Origin: a virus
Lineage: Duplodnaviria; Caudoviricetes
IMG/VR virus record: IMGVR_UViG_3300008255_000254
Span: 1-37,035 of that record
Reading direction: 5' to 3' (one strand)
DNA length: 37,035 nt
Below are positions 1 to 10,972 of this stretch, one piece after another. The notes beneath the pieces are model-generated. The model ran no database searches and was not told the origin of the DNA. It saw only the letters and a program-made list of their open reading frames with translations. A program made the position numbers and the translations under genes. Numbering within the stretch: position 1 is the first letter of the stretch; each line of letters opens with the position of its first letter.

Positions 1-172
1 CCGAGCGAGACGTCGGGGAGGCGGTCACTGTTATGGCTGTGACAGGAGATGCGGCGAGCTTCCAAACGCCTGCGTCATTGACCCAGACCTCCGGTCGCTT
101 CCATATTCCGTTGTCGTTCAGCCAAACCTCGGGGGTCTTCCAGACGCCCTCGTCGTTGACGTGGAGGGGCAT
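1..172 (-). CDS. Tail-associated protein, partial (runs off left edge)
   Basis: ATG overlaps upstream TGA (TGATG); manual translation MPLHVNDEGVWKTPEVWLNDNGIWKRPEVWVNDAGVWKLAASPV..., three VNDxGVWK repeats; frame open to window edge; not in ORF track. Confidence 0.75.
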   Translation of the reverse strand, partial: MPLHVNDEGVWKTPEVWLNDNGIWKRPEVWVNDAGVWKLAASPVTAITVTASPTSRS

Positions 173-2034
173 CAGACCTTGAGCCAGATGTCGCCGCTGT
201 TGCCGCCCGAGGGGGAAGCCGCAGAGATGGTGACGACACCACCAAAGCGGCTGGTGTCCGCGAGGGACAGGACGCGCCGACCCGCTTCGCGTATAACGCC
301 CGCGGTTCCAAGGTTGCCCGAGCCATCCAGCTTAAAGGCGTCAGCCACGGCCGACCACCCGCCGATGCGGAACACATCATCTGTGCCGAGGCCCATGTTG
401 ATCGCGGAGGAGTTCGTCCGGTGGAACGAGATAGCGGCGACAGTGGACGGACCTCCGCGAACCGAGAGAGACCCCATGTCGTTGGCGCTGTTTACGTCGG
501 TGGCCCCGCTGCTTCTTCCAGTGATGAGGTCGCTTGCAATCAATGGCCCGCCGAGGTTCAGCGACCCGTCGTTAAGGTTCAGGGTCATAGGCCACTGTCC
601 GTTCGCCAACGTGGTCCAGCTCGTGCTGTTCGTGCCGCCTCGCATGAAGTAGGCGATGTCCGCGTTGACGTGGATGCCGAAAGTTCGGTGGTCGGTGTCG
701 TGCCACCACAGGGTCGGGGAGGAGGATCGCAGATACGAAGACTGCCCGTAAACGGTCAGATCGCCGCTAGGATCGAGCCTCATTATCTCCCCATCAGAAG
801 GACTGCGCCACTCGAAACCGTAGCCGGACCCGAAGTAAGTCCGCCCGTTTTCGGCGAAGAAGAAACGGTTGCGACCCTCGCTGGTGGTAAGCCATTGGCT
901 TGTGCCTCGGCCCATCTTGCCAATCAAGGCTTCGTTCAGACCCGACACGTCGTCGGTAGAGTGCCCGTGGCCGCTCGGAGGGAACGCCGAAGGCTTGCCG
1001 CTGATGTTCGACCAAGGGGCACCGCCGCTAATGCTGATGGGCCAGATGCTCCCGAAGTTGGAAGCATCAACTTGGACGGCCAGCGAAGACCCATTCCATC
1101 CGATGTAGAGCTTGCTCGGGAGCTGGCCGGTGCCGCCGCCCTGCTGGACAGGCGAGAAGCCGAGGGATGCCTGCTTCGCGTCCAGCGCCGCCTGCAGGCC
1201 GGAGACCTGTGCGATGCTGTGGGTGTGCGAAGCGGAAGCATAGGAGCCGACAGGCTGTTTGCCGTCGAGAGCCGTCTGGAGACCAGCAACGTCGGCGATG
1301 ACGTGACCGTGAACCAGAGGAGCCTTGCCCGCGAGGGCGTTGGTCATGGTCGTGGCGAAGTAGGGATCGTCCCCAAGAGCCGCTGCGAGCTCGTTCAGAG
1401 TATCCATCGTGACCGGGGCTTGCCCGACCAGCGCCTCGATACGGTCGTCGACAGCGGCAAGGGTGGCGAACTGCGCCGGGTCGATGGAGATGGCGTAGCC
1501 ATAGGCCGCGTCTCGGGCCTCCTCCGCACCCACACGGGCTGCTAAGGCGTTATCGGCGTTCAACAGGCTCTCATCCCGAGCCGTGAGGGCTTCGGCGGAG
1601 GCGTTGGCAACGGCGAGAGCGTCGTTGGAGACCTGTGAGGCCCATGACTGCACGGCGGCCCAACGGGCGGCCACGTCATCGCGGAGGGTCTGTGCTTGGT
1701 CCCGCGAAACGAGCGCGGCAGCTTGCGCGCCCGTGGCTCCGGTCAAGGCGCTCTGCGCGTCTGCCTTGTGTTGTCCTGCGAGGATGGCCGCAGCTTCCGC
1801 GGCGTCCCGGTGTGATCCCGCCAGAGCGGCAGGACCTTCCACCAGATCGAGCACCGAAGGCAGCGACAGGAAGTTCTCCGTCGTGCCCTCGGCGTTCGTC
1901 AGGGGATATTTGCCGTCAAGGTTGGGACCACCAGACGGGTCGCCGGCAAGCCAAGCCGCGAGCTGGTCGAGCTGGCTGTTCCACCGCAGGAGGACGTTGG
2001 AGACCTGCGTGGCGAGTTGTGCGTTGGTGGTCAT
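172..2034 (-). CDS. Tail fibre protein 2
   Basis: 620 aa; Ala-rich coiled coil, APxTMDTLNELAAALGDDP motif, HxHxIxxVxGLxxAL repeats, GFSPVQQGGG, C-terminal SPSGGNSGDIWLKV; position after first fibre. Confidence 0.85.
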   Translation of the reverse strand: MTTNAQLATQVSNVLLRWNSQLDQLAAWLAGDPSGGPNLDGKYPLTNAEGTTENFLSLPSVLDLVEGPAALAGSHRDAAEAAAILAGQHKADAQSALTGATGAQAAALVSRDQAQTLRDDVAARWAAVQSWASQVSNDALAVANASAEALTARDESLLNADNALAARVGAEEARDAAYGYAISIDPAQFATLAAVDDRIEALVGQAPVTMDTLNELAAALGDDPYFATTMTNALAGKAPLVHGHVIADVAGLQTALDGKQPVGSYASASHTHSIAQVSGLQAALDAKQASLGFSPVQQGGGTGQLPSKLYIGWNGSSLAVQVDASNFGSIWPISISGGAPWSNISGKPSAFPPSGHGHSTDDVSGLNEALIGKMGRGTSQWLTTSEGRNRFFFAENGRTYFGSGYGFEWRSPSDGEIMRLDPSGDLTVYGQSSYLRSSSPTLWWHDTDHRTFGIHVNADIAYFMRGGTNSTSWTTLANGQWPMTLNLNDGSLNLGGPLIASDLITGRSSGATDVNSANDMGSLSVRGGPSTVAAISFHRTNSSAINMGLGTDDVFRIGGWSAVADAFKLDGSGNLGTAGVIREAGRRVLSLADTSRFGGVVTISAASPSGGNSGDIWLKV

Positions 2035-2042
2035 GGGACCTC

Positions 2043-2198
2043 TTAGGCTTCGGGGGTTTCCTGCTCCGCCGCGCGCTGCGCTTCGGAGAACTGCTTGATG
2101 GCCGTGAACTGGCCGAGCTGCTTGTCGACAGCGTCGAGCTCGTCACGGAGCTGCGCCTTGCGGGCGAGAAGGGTGACGATATTCTGGTCGATGTTCAT
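2043..2198 (-). CDS. Small coiled-coil protein (possible tail fibre chaperone), 51 aa
   Basis: MNIDQNIVTLLARKAQLRDELDAVDKQL...; ATG lies 1 nt after the TAA that ends the alternative-frame fibre C-terminus; fused to the fibre in the ORF track. Confidence 0.6.
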   Translation of the reverse strand: MNIDQNIVTLLARKAQLRDELDAVDKQLGQFTAIKQFSEAQRAAEQETPEA

Positions 2199-2199
2199 A

Positions 2200-4352
2200 T
2201 TATTCTTCCGTGTATCTGATGCCGATGGAGTTCGCCGCCGTAGGTTCGACGGCTTGTCTGTGGTTGTGTTGATGAAAGAGGTCCGCCGAACGCGCAGAGC
2301 CGCATCGCCAGCGGGCAGGGTTACGGCCGTTGTCGCGGACACGCCTATACTCACCCTATGGACGTAGCGCCGCAGAGGTCTCGGCTCCGCCCCTCCCGTC
2401 ATTCCGGCGTTACTAACGAGCGTGAAGGAGGTCGCTGTGGACGAGTAAGACCCTCTTTGGGTCCAAGGTCCAGATGCAGATGGCGCGCTCTCCAGCACGT
2501 AGGCAATTGAGTAGCTTTGACGCGCCGAGACGTAAGGGTCCGGTGGCGGGAACTCCGCGTCCCAAGTTGACCCTGTGGCAAGCACCATGCCGGAGCTCGC
2601 GTTCACAATGGCGCTTGCAGGACGTCCTTGGGTCGCGAATGGACCAAGAACGACAGCCGAGGTGCCCACCAGAGTTGTCTGGATCGCGTTGCTGATTGTT
2701 CCTGCAGACAGGCTGCCGCCGAAGTAGGCATCGCCGTTTGTCTTGAGGAACGTGATGGCGTTCGCCTCACTGCACTGATCGACGTCCATCTTGGGACCGA
2801 ACCACTCAATGAACTGGCCCTCGCTGCCGAAGCCTACGCCTGCCACTTTCATGTGTGTCCCGTTATCCCAGATGATGCGCCCGGTCCCCACCACCATGTC
2901 GGCGTTGAGTTGACCGTTGGTCAGCTTACCGATGGTCAGTGAGCCGATGATTGCGTCAGGGATACGGACGACGCCGCCGGAGACCTCGAAAGGAACCCGA
3001 GGAGCCCCGCCGTTGGGATCGACGATAGCGAAGCGGTCGGCCGTCACCACGAAGCTCCCGCTGGCCCCGTTGTTGAACTGGCGGAACCCGGTGATGTGAC
3101 CGTTGACGTTGAGGACGACCCCGTATTGGGCAGAGAGCCCGTTGACGGTCGACTGCAGCGTGGAGACGCTGGCAATGTTTCCATTCAGGGAGCTCTGGAG
3201 CGCCGTAAGGGACGAGGCCAGAGAGCTATCGGCCGAAGCGCGGGCGGTCTGCTCGGAAACGATGGCGGCCTCGGCAGTGCCGATGCGGGCGTCGATCCCG
3301 GACAGACGGGTGCCAAGGGCCACACCTCCTCCGAGCCGCACGGTGCTCTCATTGAGAACATAGGCGAGACCGTCGGAGCTGGTGGTCCCGAGCAAGTCCA
3401 GCTTGGTCGCCAGAGCGCCGTCGGCGTTAACGCGGGCAGTCGCTTCGGACTGCACGGCTGCTCCAATCTCACCCCGAAGGGTCGCTGCGAGACCGTTGCG
3501 GGCAGTTGCTTCTGCGCTGATGGCATCTGCACGGGCAGTCTGCTCTGCCACTATGGCCGCTTCGTTGGCGCCCGCGCGGGCGTCGATAGCGGTCAGGCGT
3601 TGCGCAAAGGTTTCCGTAGGAGACACGCGGAGAGTGTTGAGGTTGGCGATGAAGCCGGTCCCGCCTGCACTCTTGGCGCCGATGAGGGAGATGGTGTTGA
3701 CCAAGGCCGTGTCACCAGCGATGCGGGCGTTGGTTTCGTTTTGGATGAGCGTGGCGATGCCGGTGCCGGGGTCTCCCCCAAGCAGGCTGTCGACCACCCC
3801 GCGAAGCGTGGCGAGCTCGTCGTTGACGGCTCCGATGTCGCCTCCTTGTGCGGAGATAGCCTCGGCGAGGTTCAAGACCTCGATCCCGTTGGCGTCGATG
3901 TCGGAGATGCGGCTGCGGAAATCATTCAGGAGAGCGTCCGCGGCCGCTTGCTGCGCGATGAGGTTCGCCATCTCCTCGGAAGGGATGGTGATGCCCCCGA
4001 GGTCTGCGATGCGCGTGAAGGCTCGCCCAATGGTCCGCTCTTGTGCGGCGGCAAGCTCTTGCTGGCGGAATAGGACCTGCTGGACGGCCTTGTTCAGGTC
4101 GTCAGCGGTGAGGATGTTTCCATCCCGAAACTTGACGAGGGCGTCTTCGATTGGCGTGACGCGCTCGACGGTGACGAAGGCCCCCTCCGAGACCCCGAAG
4201 GACAGCCGGAGGCGGCTGGCATTGGGCCACGAGAGGGGGTTCGTTCTGTCGCCATTCACCCGCACGACGAGGTGTTCGCGGCTGATGTAAGGGAACGGGA
4301 CGTCGAAGTCCCGCTGCCCTGCAGAGGCCGTGTATTCAACGTAGGGGGTGAT
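2200..4352 (-). CDS. Tail fibre protein 1 (T7 gp17-type N-terminal anchor); apparent ATC start and frameshift near 2258
   Basis: In-frame extension ITPYVEYTASAGQRDFDVPFPYISREHLVVRVNG and VKFRDGNILTADDLNKA match the T7 gp17 N-terminal domain pattern; AAGGAG 7 nt before ATC at 4352; coiled-coil repeats, then DUF1983-like beta region. Confidence 0.8.
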
Positions 4353-4363
4353 GGTATTTCTCC

Positions 4364-7300
4364 TTATAGGCCGGGGTCCGGCAGTCCGAGGGAGCGGACG
4401 TCTTCTGTTGCGAGCTGACGGGCCTCCGAATTGGTGGACCCGCTGTTCATGTAATCGACGAAGGACTTGTATCCGACGCGCTTGGCTTCGTAGCCGGGGT
4501 TGCGTTCCTCCATGATTTCCCGAGCGTTGGTGTTGAGACCTTCGAGAACGTCTTGGATCGCAGCTTCACGGGCCGCCTTGGTAGGCAGCGCGTTGAACGC
4601 AGGATCGTCGAGGAGGTAAGCAAGCGCCTCTCCGAGGGTTTCCCCGTTGGAGTTGGTCGCTTCGGTCGCCCGGATTTCACGGAGCTGGTCGAGCTCCTTG
4701 CCGGTCAGGCGGAAGCCTAGCCGGTCCCGCTTCTCGATGTCCGAGAGGTCGAGCCGCATATCCGCGAGCTTCTGGCGGATGTGGCCGGGATCGGTCGCAC
4801 CAGCGTTGATGCCCATGAAGCGGCCGTCCTTCGGTTGCCCGAGCCAATCCCTTTTGACACCGAGGTCGGTGCCGGGGATCAGGCGGAGAAGGTCGTCCAT
4901 GATCGACATTGTCTCCGGGATTTCTCCTCGGACGGTGTCGGCCACTTGGCGCGATGTGCCGGACAGGGGAACCTGTGCGACCGCGAGGGTCCGCGCGAGT
5001 TCCTCTCCGAGCTTCACGATGCCGCTGGTGCTGTCGCCTTCCTTGGTCTGGAAGAACGCCTGCATGGCTTCGCGGAACCCGGTCAGGTAGGTCTTGTCTA
5101 GCACGGCTTCGCGGAAGGACAAGCCCGCCACGTTCACCGCAGTCCACCAAGCCTGCTCCTCGGAGTAACCCATCTTGAGGTCCCGGTCGCGCGCCTTCAA
5201 TGCCTGCCCGAGCATCCCGCCGAGGGCGAGCGAGTAGGCGAAAGGATCGAGACGACCGAACTCAAAGTAGGCTCCGCCGGGGAGGTTGAGCCGGTTGGAC
5301 GGCTTGCCCTCAAGCTGGCCGGTGTTGTTCCAGCCCCCGTTGGTGATGGTGATGGCGCCGGCTGCACCCATAAGGGCGCCCATGCCGATGACCATACTCC
5401 CGACCTCCATGCGAGCAAGCTCGATAGCGGCCTCCGGTCCACCCTTGGCGAGAATGGCTTGCACCTCACGGGCTTTGCCACCCCACGGGGTGTAGTGGAC
5501 CATTCCGCGCTCGAAGATGCGAGCCGGTGTGGAGACGTAGGGGAACAGCGTCGTGCGAACGATGTCGACGACAGGAACGTCCTTGGACGAGTTCAGGATA
5601 TTCGCGAGGCCCTTCATGGGAGCCGTTTGCGGGCCATCCATGAACAGGACGCGGTCAGCTTCCTTCTTGGCCTGCTCCTTGACGGAGAGCCCGAAGTTCA
5701 CTGCCTCGTCGACCGTGCCGGTTGTCGCGAGCTGCTCCTCTGCTTCCCGAAGGAGCTTTGCGGGAGGCATCTCTGCGAGTTCGATGGCGCGCTTCTCGAC
5801 ATACTTGCCGAGGGCTTCGCCTTCGAGACCGGCCTTGCGCCCCTCGCGCACCGCATAGCGGGAGGACAGGCGATAGGTCTCCTTGAGCATGACCATGTTC
5901 GAGCCCCAACTATCCATCGCCCCGGTCGCCACTTTGGCGGTCAGGGTCCCGGCGTAGTCGAGACCTTCTGCGCCCACGGCTCCGGCGCGCTGCGCGGCCG
6001 CCCAAACACGGGCAAAGCCGCCTTGGCGTTCCAGCTCACGGATGCGTCGATTGAACTCCTCGGGATTGTGGACCTTGGCGCGGGCAGCAGTGTCGAACTC
6101 GCGTAACGGCGCCGGCTCATAGCCAGCATCAAGCAAGCCCTTCTTATTCCCGCTGGCGTTCGCAGCCTTCCCGAGGTTCCCGGAGAGTGTCGCAATGCGC
6201 TCCACGTTCTCCCAATGGTCCCACTGGATGCGCTGCATCATCGCCTTCATCCCGGCCATATGGGTCTGGAAATAGACCCGGTCGGCAACGGCCTACTCCA
6301 GATGGAGGTCAAAGGCTTCGTCGACCATCCCCGCGCGCTTCATGGCGAACATGGCGTAACGTGGGGCGATGTGGTTTCGGAAAAGGTCGTGAGAGATGAA
6401 GCCAGCCACGTTGAACATCGCGGTGGCAGGTGAGAGGAGGTTCGATTGCACGAACGAGACCATCGAACGCTGCATCCGCATGAACTTGCTGACGGTCTTC
6501 ACGTCATCGACGTTGTTCAGGGTGTTCAGGAGCTCGTCGATGTCCCGCGTGGTGCGGGCTCGCTTCAACATGGTCGCGAGGGTGGTGTCATCCATCTCAT
6601 CCAGAGCTGCGCGGACGCGCGCCTGAATGGCCTTGCTGTCTTCGATCTGCTCCGCGCCGTCGACAACCTCGTCGACCCCGAGCTTCGATTTCATCCGCAG
6701 GGAGCCGAGAGCTCGGCCGACCTGTGACTTGATGTAGTTCGAGCGCGAGGTGAGCGAGATGGCTTCGGCGATGGTGGACGCAAGCTGCTCCTTGGCTTCT
6801 GCGTCGCCCTTCTGGACGAGAGGCAGGAAGACCGAGCGGGCCTTGGCGAACTGGACCGAGGCGAGCATGGCGACGTGATCTGCCACGCGGGCGTCCATCA
6901 CAATCTTGCCAGCCCGGTCGGCTGCGCCGTCGATGTCATCCTCTGTGAGGATGCGGCCGAACCGTTTGCGGAACTCGTCCTCAATCGAACCGAACGACCT
7001 CTGACCGGCTCCCGCCTTCTCCAGAATGGCCGTCGTGGCTTCTTCAAGGAGAACTGCGGCGCGGTGCGCGGTGTCCGCATCGACGCCGGTGTCGGAAACG
7101 TCGATGCCGAGGAGCGAGCGGTAGTGAGGATCGTCGACGACCGTGCCAAGGGCTTCGGCCTTCTCAAGACGCTTGGCGAGGAGGATGGCCTCCTGCGTCG
7201 TCATCTTTGCCACACGTTGCGCGATGACCCCACGGGCCTTGCCCATGTCCCCGGTTAGTTCCCGGATCGACAGGACAGCGCCGTCTTCGACGACGTCGTC

Positions 7301-8119
7301 GGCTGCGCCAGTGATGATGTTGCGAACCTGCGGCTGTTGGACAGGGGTGCCCTTCTTGGCTCCCTTGGCTCCCACAACGGTCGCTGCGTCAGCAAGGTCG
7401 CCAGCCACGGAGGGCTCTGCACGTCGCAGGACGACGTCAGGCGAGAACTGGTCGAGGACCTTCTGCGGACGCCCGTGACGGATCGCGAGGCCGAGCTTCT
7501 TTGCTCCGCCGACCGCACCGGCCACTGCTGCGGAACCGAGAGGGACGATAGCTGCCCCGAGGGTGTATCCGAACACACCGCCCAAGGCGCCGCCAGCGGC
7601 TGCACCCTTCACGCGGTCGAACAGGTCCCCGTCGGCCGAGCCTGCTCCATAGAGAGCCCCCTGCACCGCGCCAACGGCGGCAAAGGTTCTGGCGTTCTGG
7701 GCAGTCGTGGAGACGCCGCGAGAGATGTTTGCGGCTTGTGCTGCTTTTGCGCCGCCAGCCACGCGACCGCCCCATCCCATGAAGGGGACGAAGCCGCCGA
7801 GCATCTGGCCGGCGAAGAAGGCACCTCCGTTTTCTTCGGAGGCTGCGTCGAGGATCGCGCGGTTCTCTGCGAGAGCCGTGTCATAATCTTTGCCGAGGAA
7901 AAGCCAATCGGCCCCGGCTCCGAGTTCGTCGAGAAATCCGAACGTGACGGTGTCCGCCAAGCCCATTGCCCACGAACCGGCTGCATCAGCTTTACGGTCG
8001 GTGATGTCGACCTTCCGGCGGACCTCCGATGAGGGGATGGTTCGGGTCTCGGCACGAGCCGGAGCAGGAGCGGCGGCCCCGTAATCCGGTTGCCAATCGT
8101 CGAATGTGTAATCGCTCAT
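4364..8119 (-). CDS. Large internal virion protein (T7 gp16 position), interrupted by one in-frame TAG at 6293-6295
   Basis: ORFs 6293-8119 and 4364-6259 are in the same frame, separated only by TAG plus 11 sense codons; joined length about 1251 codons; syntenic with gp16; no RBS before ATG 6259. Confidence 0.7.
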
Positions 8120-8135
8120 CAGAGGTCCTTTGGTT

Positions 8136-10475
8136 TTATCGGAGGGAGTTGGAGGCGTCAGCGGTGGGAGCCCGGAAGCTGCGCACCATCCAGTTTTGCA
8201 GCTCGCTCTGGGTGTCTGCCCAATTCGGGGCTTCACCCGATGCTGCGTCGGTGAGGGCTTCGAGCGACAGGCGACCGAGTTGTGCCTCGGCCATCTTCGC
8301 CGCTTCTTCGCGGGTCACTCGTTGCACCTTCCCTTGCGGGTCCACGTATTCGAGACGTGTTCCGGGAGGCAGCTTCGACCCGAGAACTTCGGCCGTCCGC
8401 TTGACGTTGCGCTGGTAGGTTTGGACCGCAGGCGTGGAGAGGTTGAGGTTCTCCATCCCTTCGGCCAAGCGTCCCGCCTGAATGGCAGTTTCCGCCCGGA
8501 CAATCGGGTCTTCGATCAGGTGCAAGCTGCCCATGACCGAGGTGATGATGTTCCGAGGGTCTCCGCCCTTGCTGAAATAATCGAAGGCTGCGACCCCAAT
8601 GACGGAGCGCGCTGTCCGTTCGATACGCTGTTGCTCGGCTGCTTCTGCCCGGTCAGCTTGGGACTGACGGTAGGCTTCTTCGCCGCGCTCGTGCGCCTGC
8701 AGGCTCTCGAACCACTTGGCCGCTTCGACGTCTGACAAACGCCCCTCTCGGTGCGCCTTGGTGATGTCGATGCGGGTCAGGGGCGGCCCGTTGCCGATCA
8801 GCCGGAGAGCAAAGGCTCCCGAGGTTTCCGTGGAAATCCTCGCGCGCTCCTCGTCCTCGAAAGCGTCCCAACGCTTCACCAGCGCCTCACGCTGTTGCAG
8901 GAGGAGCTGACGTTGTTCGGCATTGGCCGCAAAGCGACCTTCGAGTTCCGGGATGAGCTGCGCCGTCGGGTCCATCGCACGATCCCGCACCGACCGGGGG
9001 AGCCCGTTCGGAGTGTAGGAAGGATCGCCGGGAGGAACCGCGGCAGGCGTCGAGCCGGGTTCTGCACCCATCTTCCGCTCTGCCCATGCAACGAGCTGGC
9101 CCGCATTGCGGACCCCGCTGAACACGGAGCTGTTCGCACGACGCGAGGACCGAGACACGAGGTCGCCAATGTTGGCGTTCGGGTCGGCCTTGAGGACCTT
9201 GAGAGCGTCGCCTTCGCCGAGGAAGTGCATCAGATAGACGGTGGCGTCATTGACGGCCACGCCGTTCTTCTGGAGCTTCTCGACGTTCTGCCGGGTGAAG
9301 GTCTCCATGACCTTGTCCTGCGTGGCTCCGTCCGCGCGCTTGGCGAGGATTTGAGCCTCACTCTCCCCGGTGTCCCCGAAGGTCTGCCGGTAGCTCTGGA
9401 GCCAAGTCCCCTTGAGGAACTGGTAGCGCCCGTAGGCCGAGCTGGTCGCGGCTGCTGCGGTGTCGTTGCCGCTGCTCTCCGCGCTCCGGTTGCGGCCCAT
9501 GTAGTTGCCAATGTCGAAGTCCGCAGGAGCCGGCTGTGCGGCACCTTCGGGGACACTTGCGACACTGGACGGGCCGGGATCGAACGAGACGATCCCCGAG
9601 CGTTCCTCGGGAGGCAGTGAGGCTTCGGCAAGGCCGAGAGCTTGGTCGAGGAGGGCAACGCCTTCCTGATGTCGACCCTGACGCTCCAGCTCGCCCGTGA
9701 TGGACGTGACCGTGTTCAGGTAGGCGGCCGTCACTTGCTCCTGCGGAACCGATGGGGGAACCCGGTCGATCAGCTCGGCAATGTTGACAGGTTCGCCAGA
9801 GAGCACTCGGTTGCGCACCGAGGTCTGGAACAGGTTGAGGGCTTCGCCTTCAAAGCGAGCGGTGATGCGCTGGCCGGCGGCTGCGAGTAGGACAGGGCGG
9901 GATTTCTGAACCTGACCGAGGGCAAGCAGATAGCCGTCCTTGTGGCCCATGTCGATGACTTCGCCGGTTTCCGGGTCCTTCACGAACGAGCCAAAGTATT
10001 CCTTTTCAATCCATTCGGCAGCACTCTTGAGACGACCTTCGAGGGTCGGCTCCTGCTGCTGTTCGAGGAACTCTTGGAACTCCAAGTCCTTTGCGGTCTT
10101 GTGCTCGAACCAACGGGTCTCCGTCTGGGCCATGCCAAGACCCCGGCGGTAGGCTTCGGAGCGACCCATGCGTTCTTCGCTGGTCGAGCCGGTCATGTGG
10201 TCGAGGAGAGCCTGTTCGTAGTTGTCTTCCTCCTCAATCGCGAACTTCGCCTGTGCGGTTCGCTGTGCGTTGCCGAGGCCATCCTCCAGCATCCCGAGGG
10301 ATCGTAGGATGCCTTCTGCTCCGCCGGAGCCGCGACGGGCTGTCCGCATATCGCCGAAGGTTTGGAGTTGGTTCTGCCGAGGATCGACCTCGGGGAGGAT
10401 GCCCTGCCGCCGGTCGACCTTCCGGTCGCCGCGGAGGACCCGCGCTTCGTTTCTTGAAAGGTCGCGGTTTGGCAT
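8136..10475 (-). CDS. Internal virion protein (gp15 position) with lytic transglycosylase-like domain
   Basis: Start MPNRDL by TAATG coupling; AESSGN...SSAYGRYQFLKGTW...YLMHFLG lysozyme-like motifs; synteny. Confidence 0.8.
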   Translation of the reverse strand: MPNRDLSRNEARVLRGDRKVDRRQGILPEVDPRQNQLQTFGDMRTARRGSGGAEGILRSLGMLEDGLGNAQRTAQAKFAIEEEDNYEQALLDHMTGSTSEERMGRSEAYRRGLGMAQTETRWFEHKTAKDLEFQEFLEQQQEPTLEGRLKSAAEWIEKEYFGSFVKDPETGEVIDMGHKDGYLLALGQVQKSRPVLLAAAGQRITARFEGEALNLFQTSVRNRVLSGEPVNIAELIDRVPPSVPQEQVTAAYLNTVTSITGELERQGRHQEGVALLDQALGLAEASLPPEERSGIVSFDPGPSSVASVPEGAAQPAPADFDIGNYMGRNRSAESSGNDTAAAATSSAYGRYQFLKGTWLQSYRQTFGDTGESEAQILAKRADGATQDKVMETFTRQNVEKLQKNGVAVNDATVYLMHFLGEGDALKVLKADPNANIGDLVSRSSRRANSSVFSGVRNAGQLVAWAERKMGAEPGSTPAAVPPGDPSYTPNGLPRSVRDRAMDPTAQLIPELEGRFAANAEQRQLLLQQREALVKRWDAFEDEERARISTETSGAFALRLIGNGPPLTRIDITKAHREGRLSDVEAAKWFESLQAHERGEEAYRQSQADRAEAAEQQRIERTARSVIGVAAFDYFSKGGDPRNIITSVMGSLHLIEDPIVRAETAIQAGRLAEGMENLNLSTPAVQTYQRNVKRTAEVLGSKLPPGTRLEYVDPQGKVQRVTREEAAKMAEAQLGRLSLEALTDAASGEAPNWADTQSELQNWMVRSFRAPTADASNSLR

Positions 10476-10972
10476 TAACCTGCTCCTGCGTTCTGGCTTG
10501 CTTGGGCCTTGTTGATCTTGGCGCCGTTGATGCCGGACCAAGCGTTGAGGCCCGCGCCTGCGAGCTGAAGACCGGCGCCCACGGCGTTGACGTTCTGAAC
10601 TTGCGAGAACATCGAGTTGGCTTCCGCCACGTTGGCGGCGACACGGCTCTCTTGGTTGGCGATGGAGCGGTCGTTCGACATCTCCGCCTGCATGGCGCTA
10701 TCCATCAGTAGGGTGTCGACGGAGCCCGTCAGGGCAAGGCCAGCTTCGCCAGCGGCAGCGCGGACGCGCCCCTGCTCACGGCGGGAGGCCCGCATGGTGT
10801 CGAAGATTTCGGTGGAAGCCTTGCGACGGGCTTCCTCGTTCGTAAACTCAAGCTGCTGGTGGATGGCCCTGTTCTGGGCCTTCGCCGCTTGGCTTTGAGC
10901 AATTAGGCTGTAGCCGGTAGAGGCCACCGCCGTAACGCCTGCGGCGATGGCAAGGCTTACGGGTTCACACAT
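10475..10972 (-). CDS. Internal virion protein B (gp14-like)
   Basis: MCEPVSLAIAAG N-terminus, Ala/Gln-rich, RAAAGEAGLxxxGSV motif; synteny. Confidence 0.8.
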   Translation of the reverse strand: MCEPVSLAIAAGVTAVASTGYSLIAQSQAAKAQNRAIHQQLEFTNEEARRKASTEIFDTMRASRREQGRVRAAAGEAGLALTGSVDTLLMDSAMQAEMSNDRSIANQESRVAANVAEANSMFSQVQNVNAVGAGLQLAGAGLNAWSGINGAKINKAQASQNAGAG

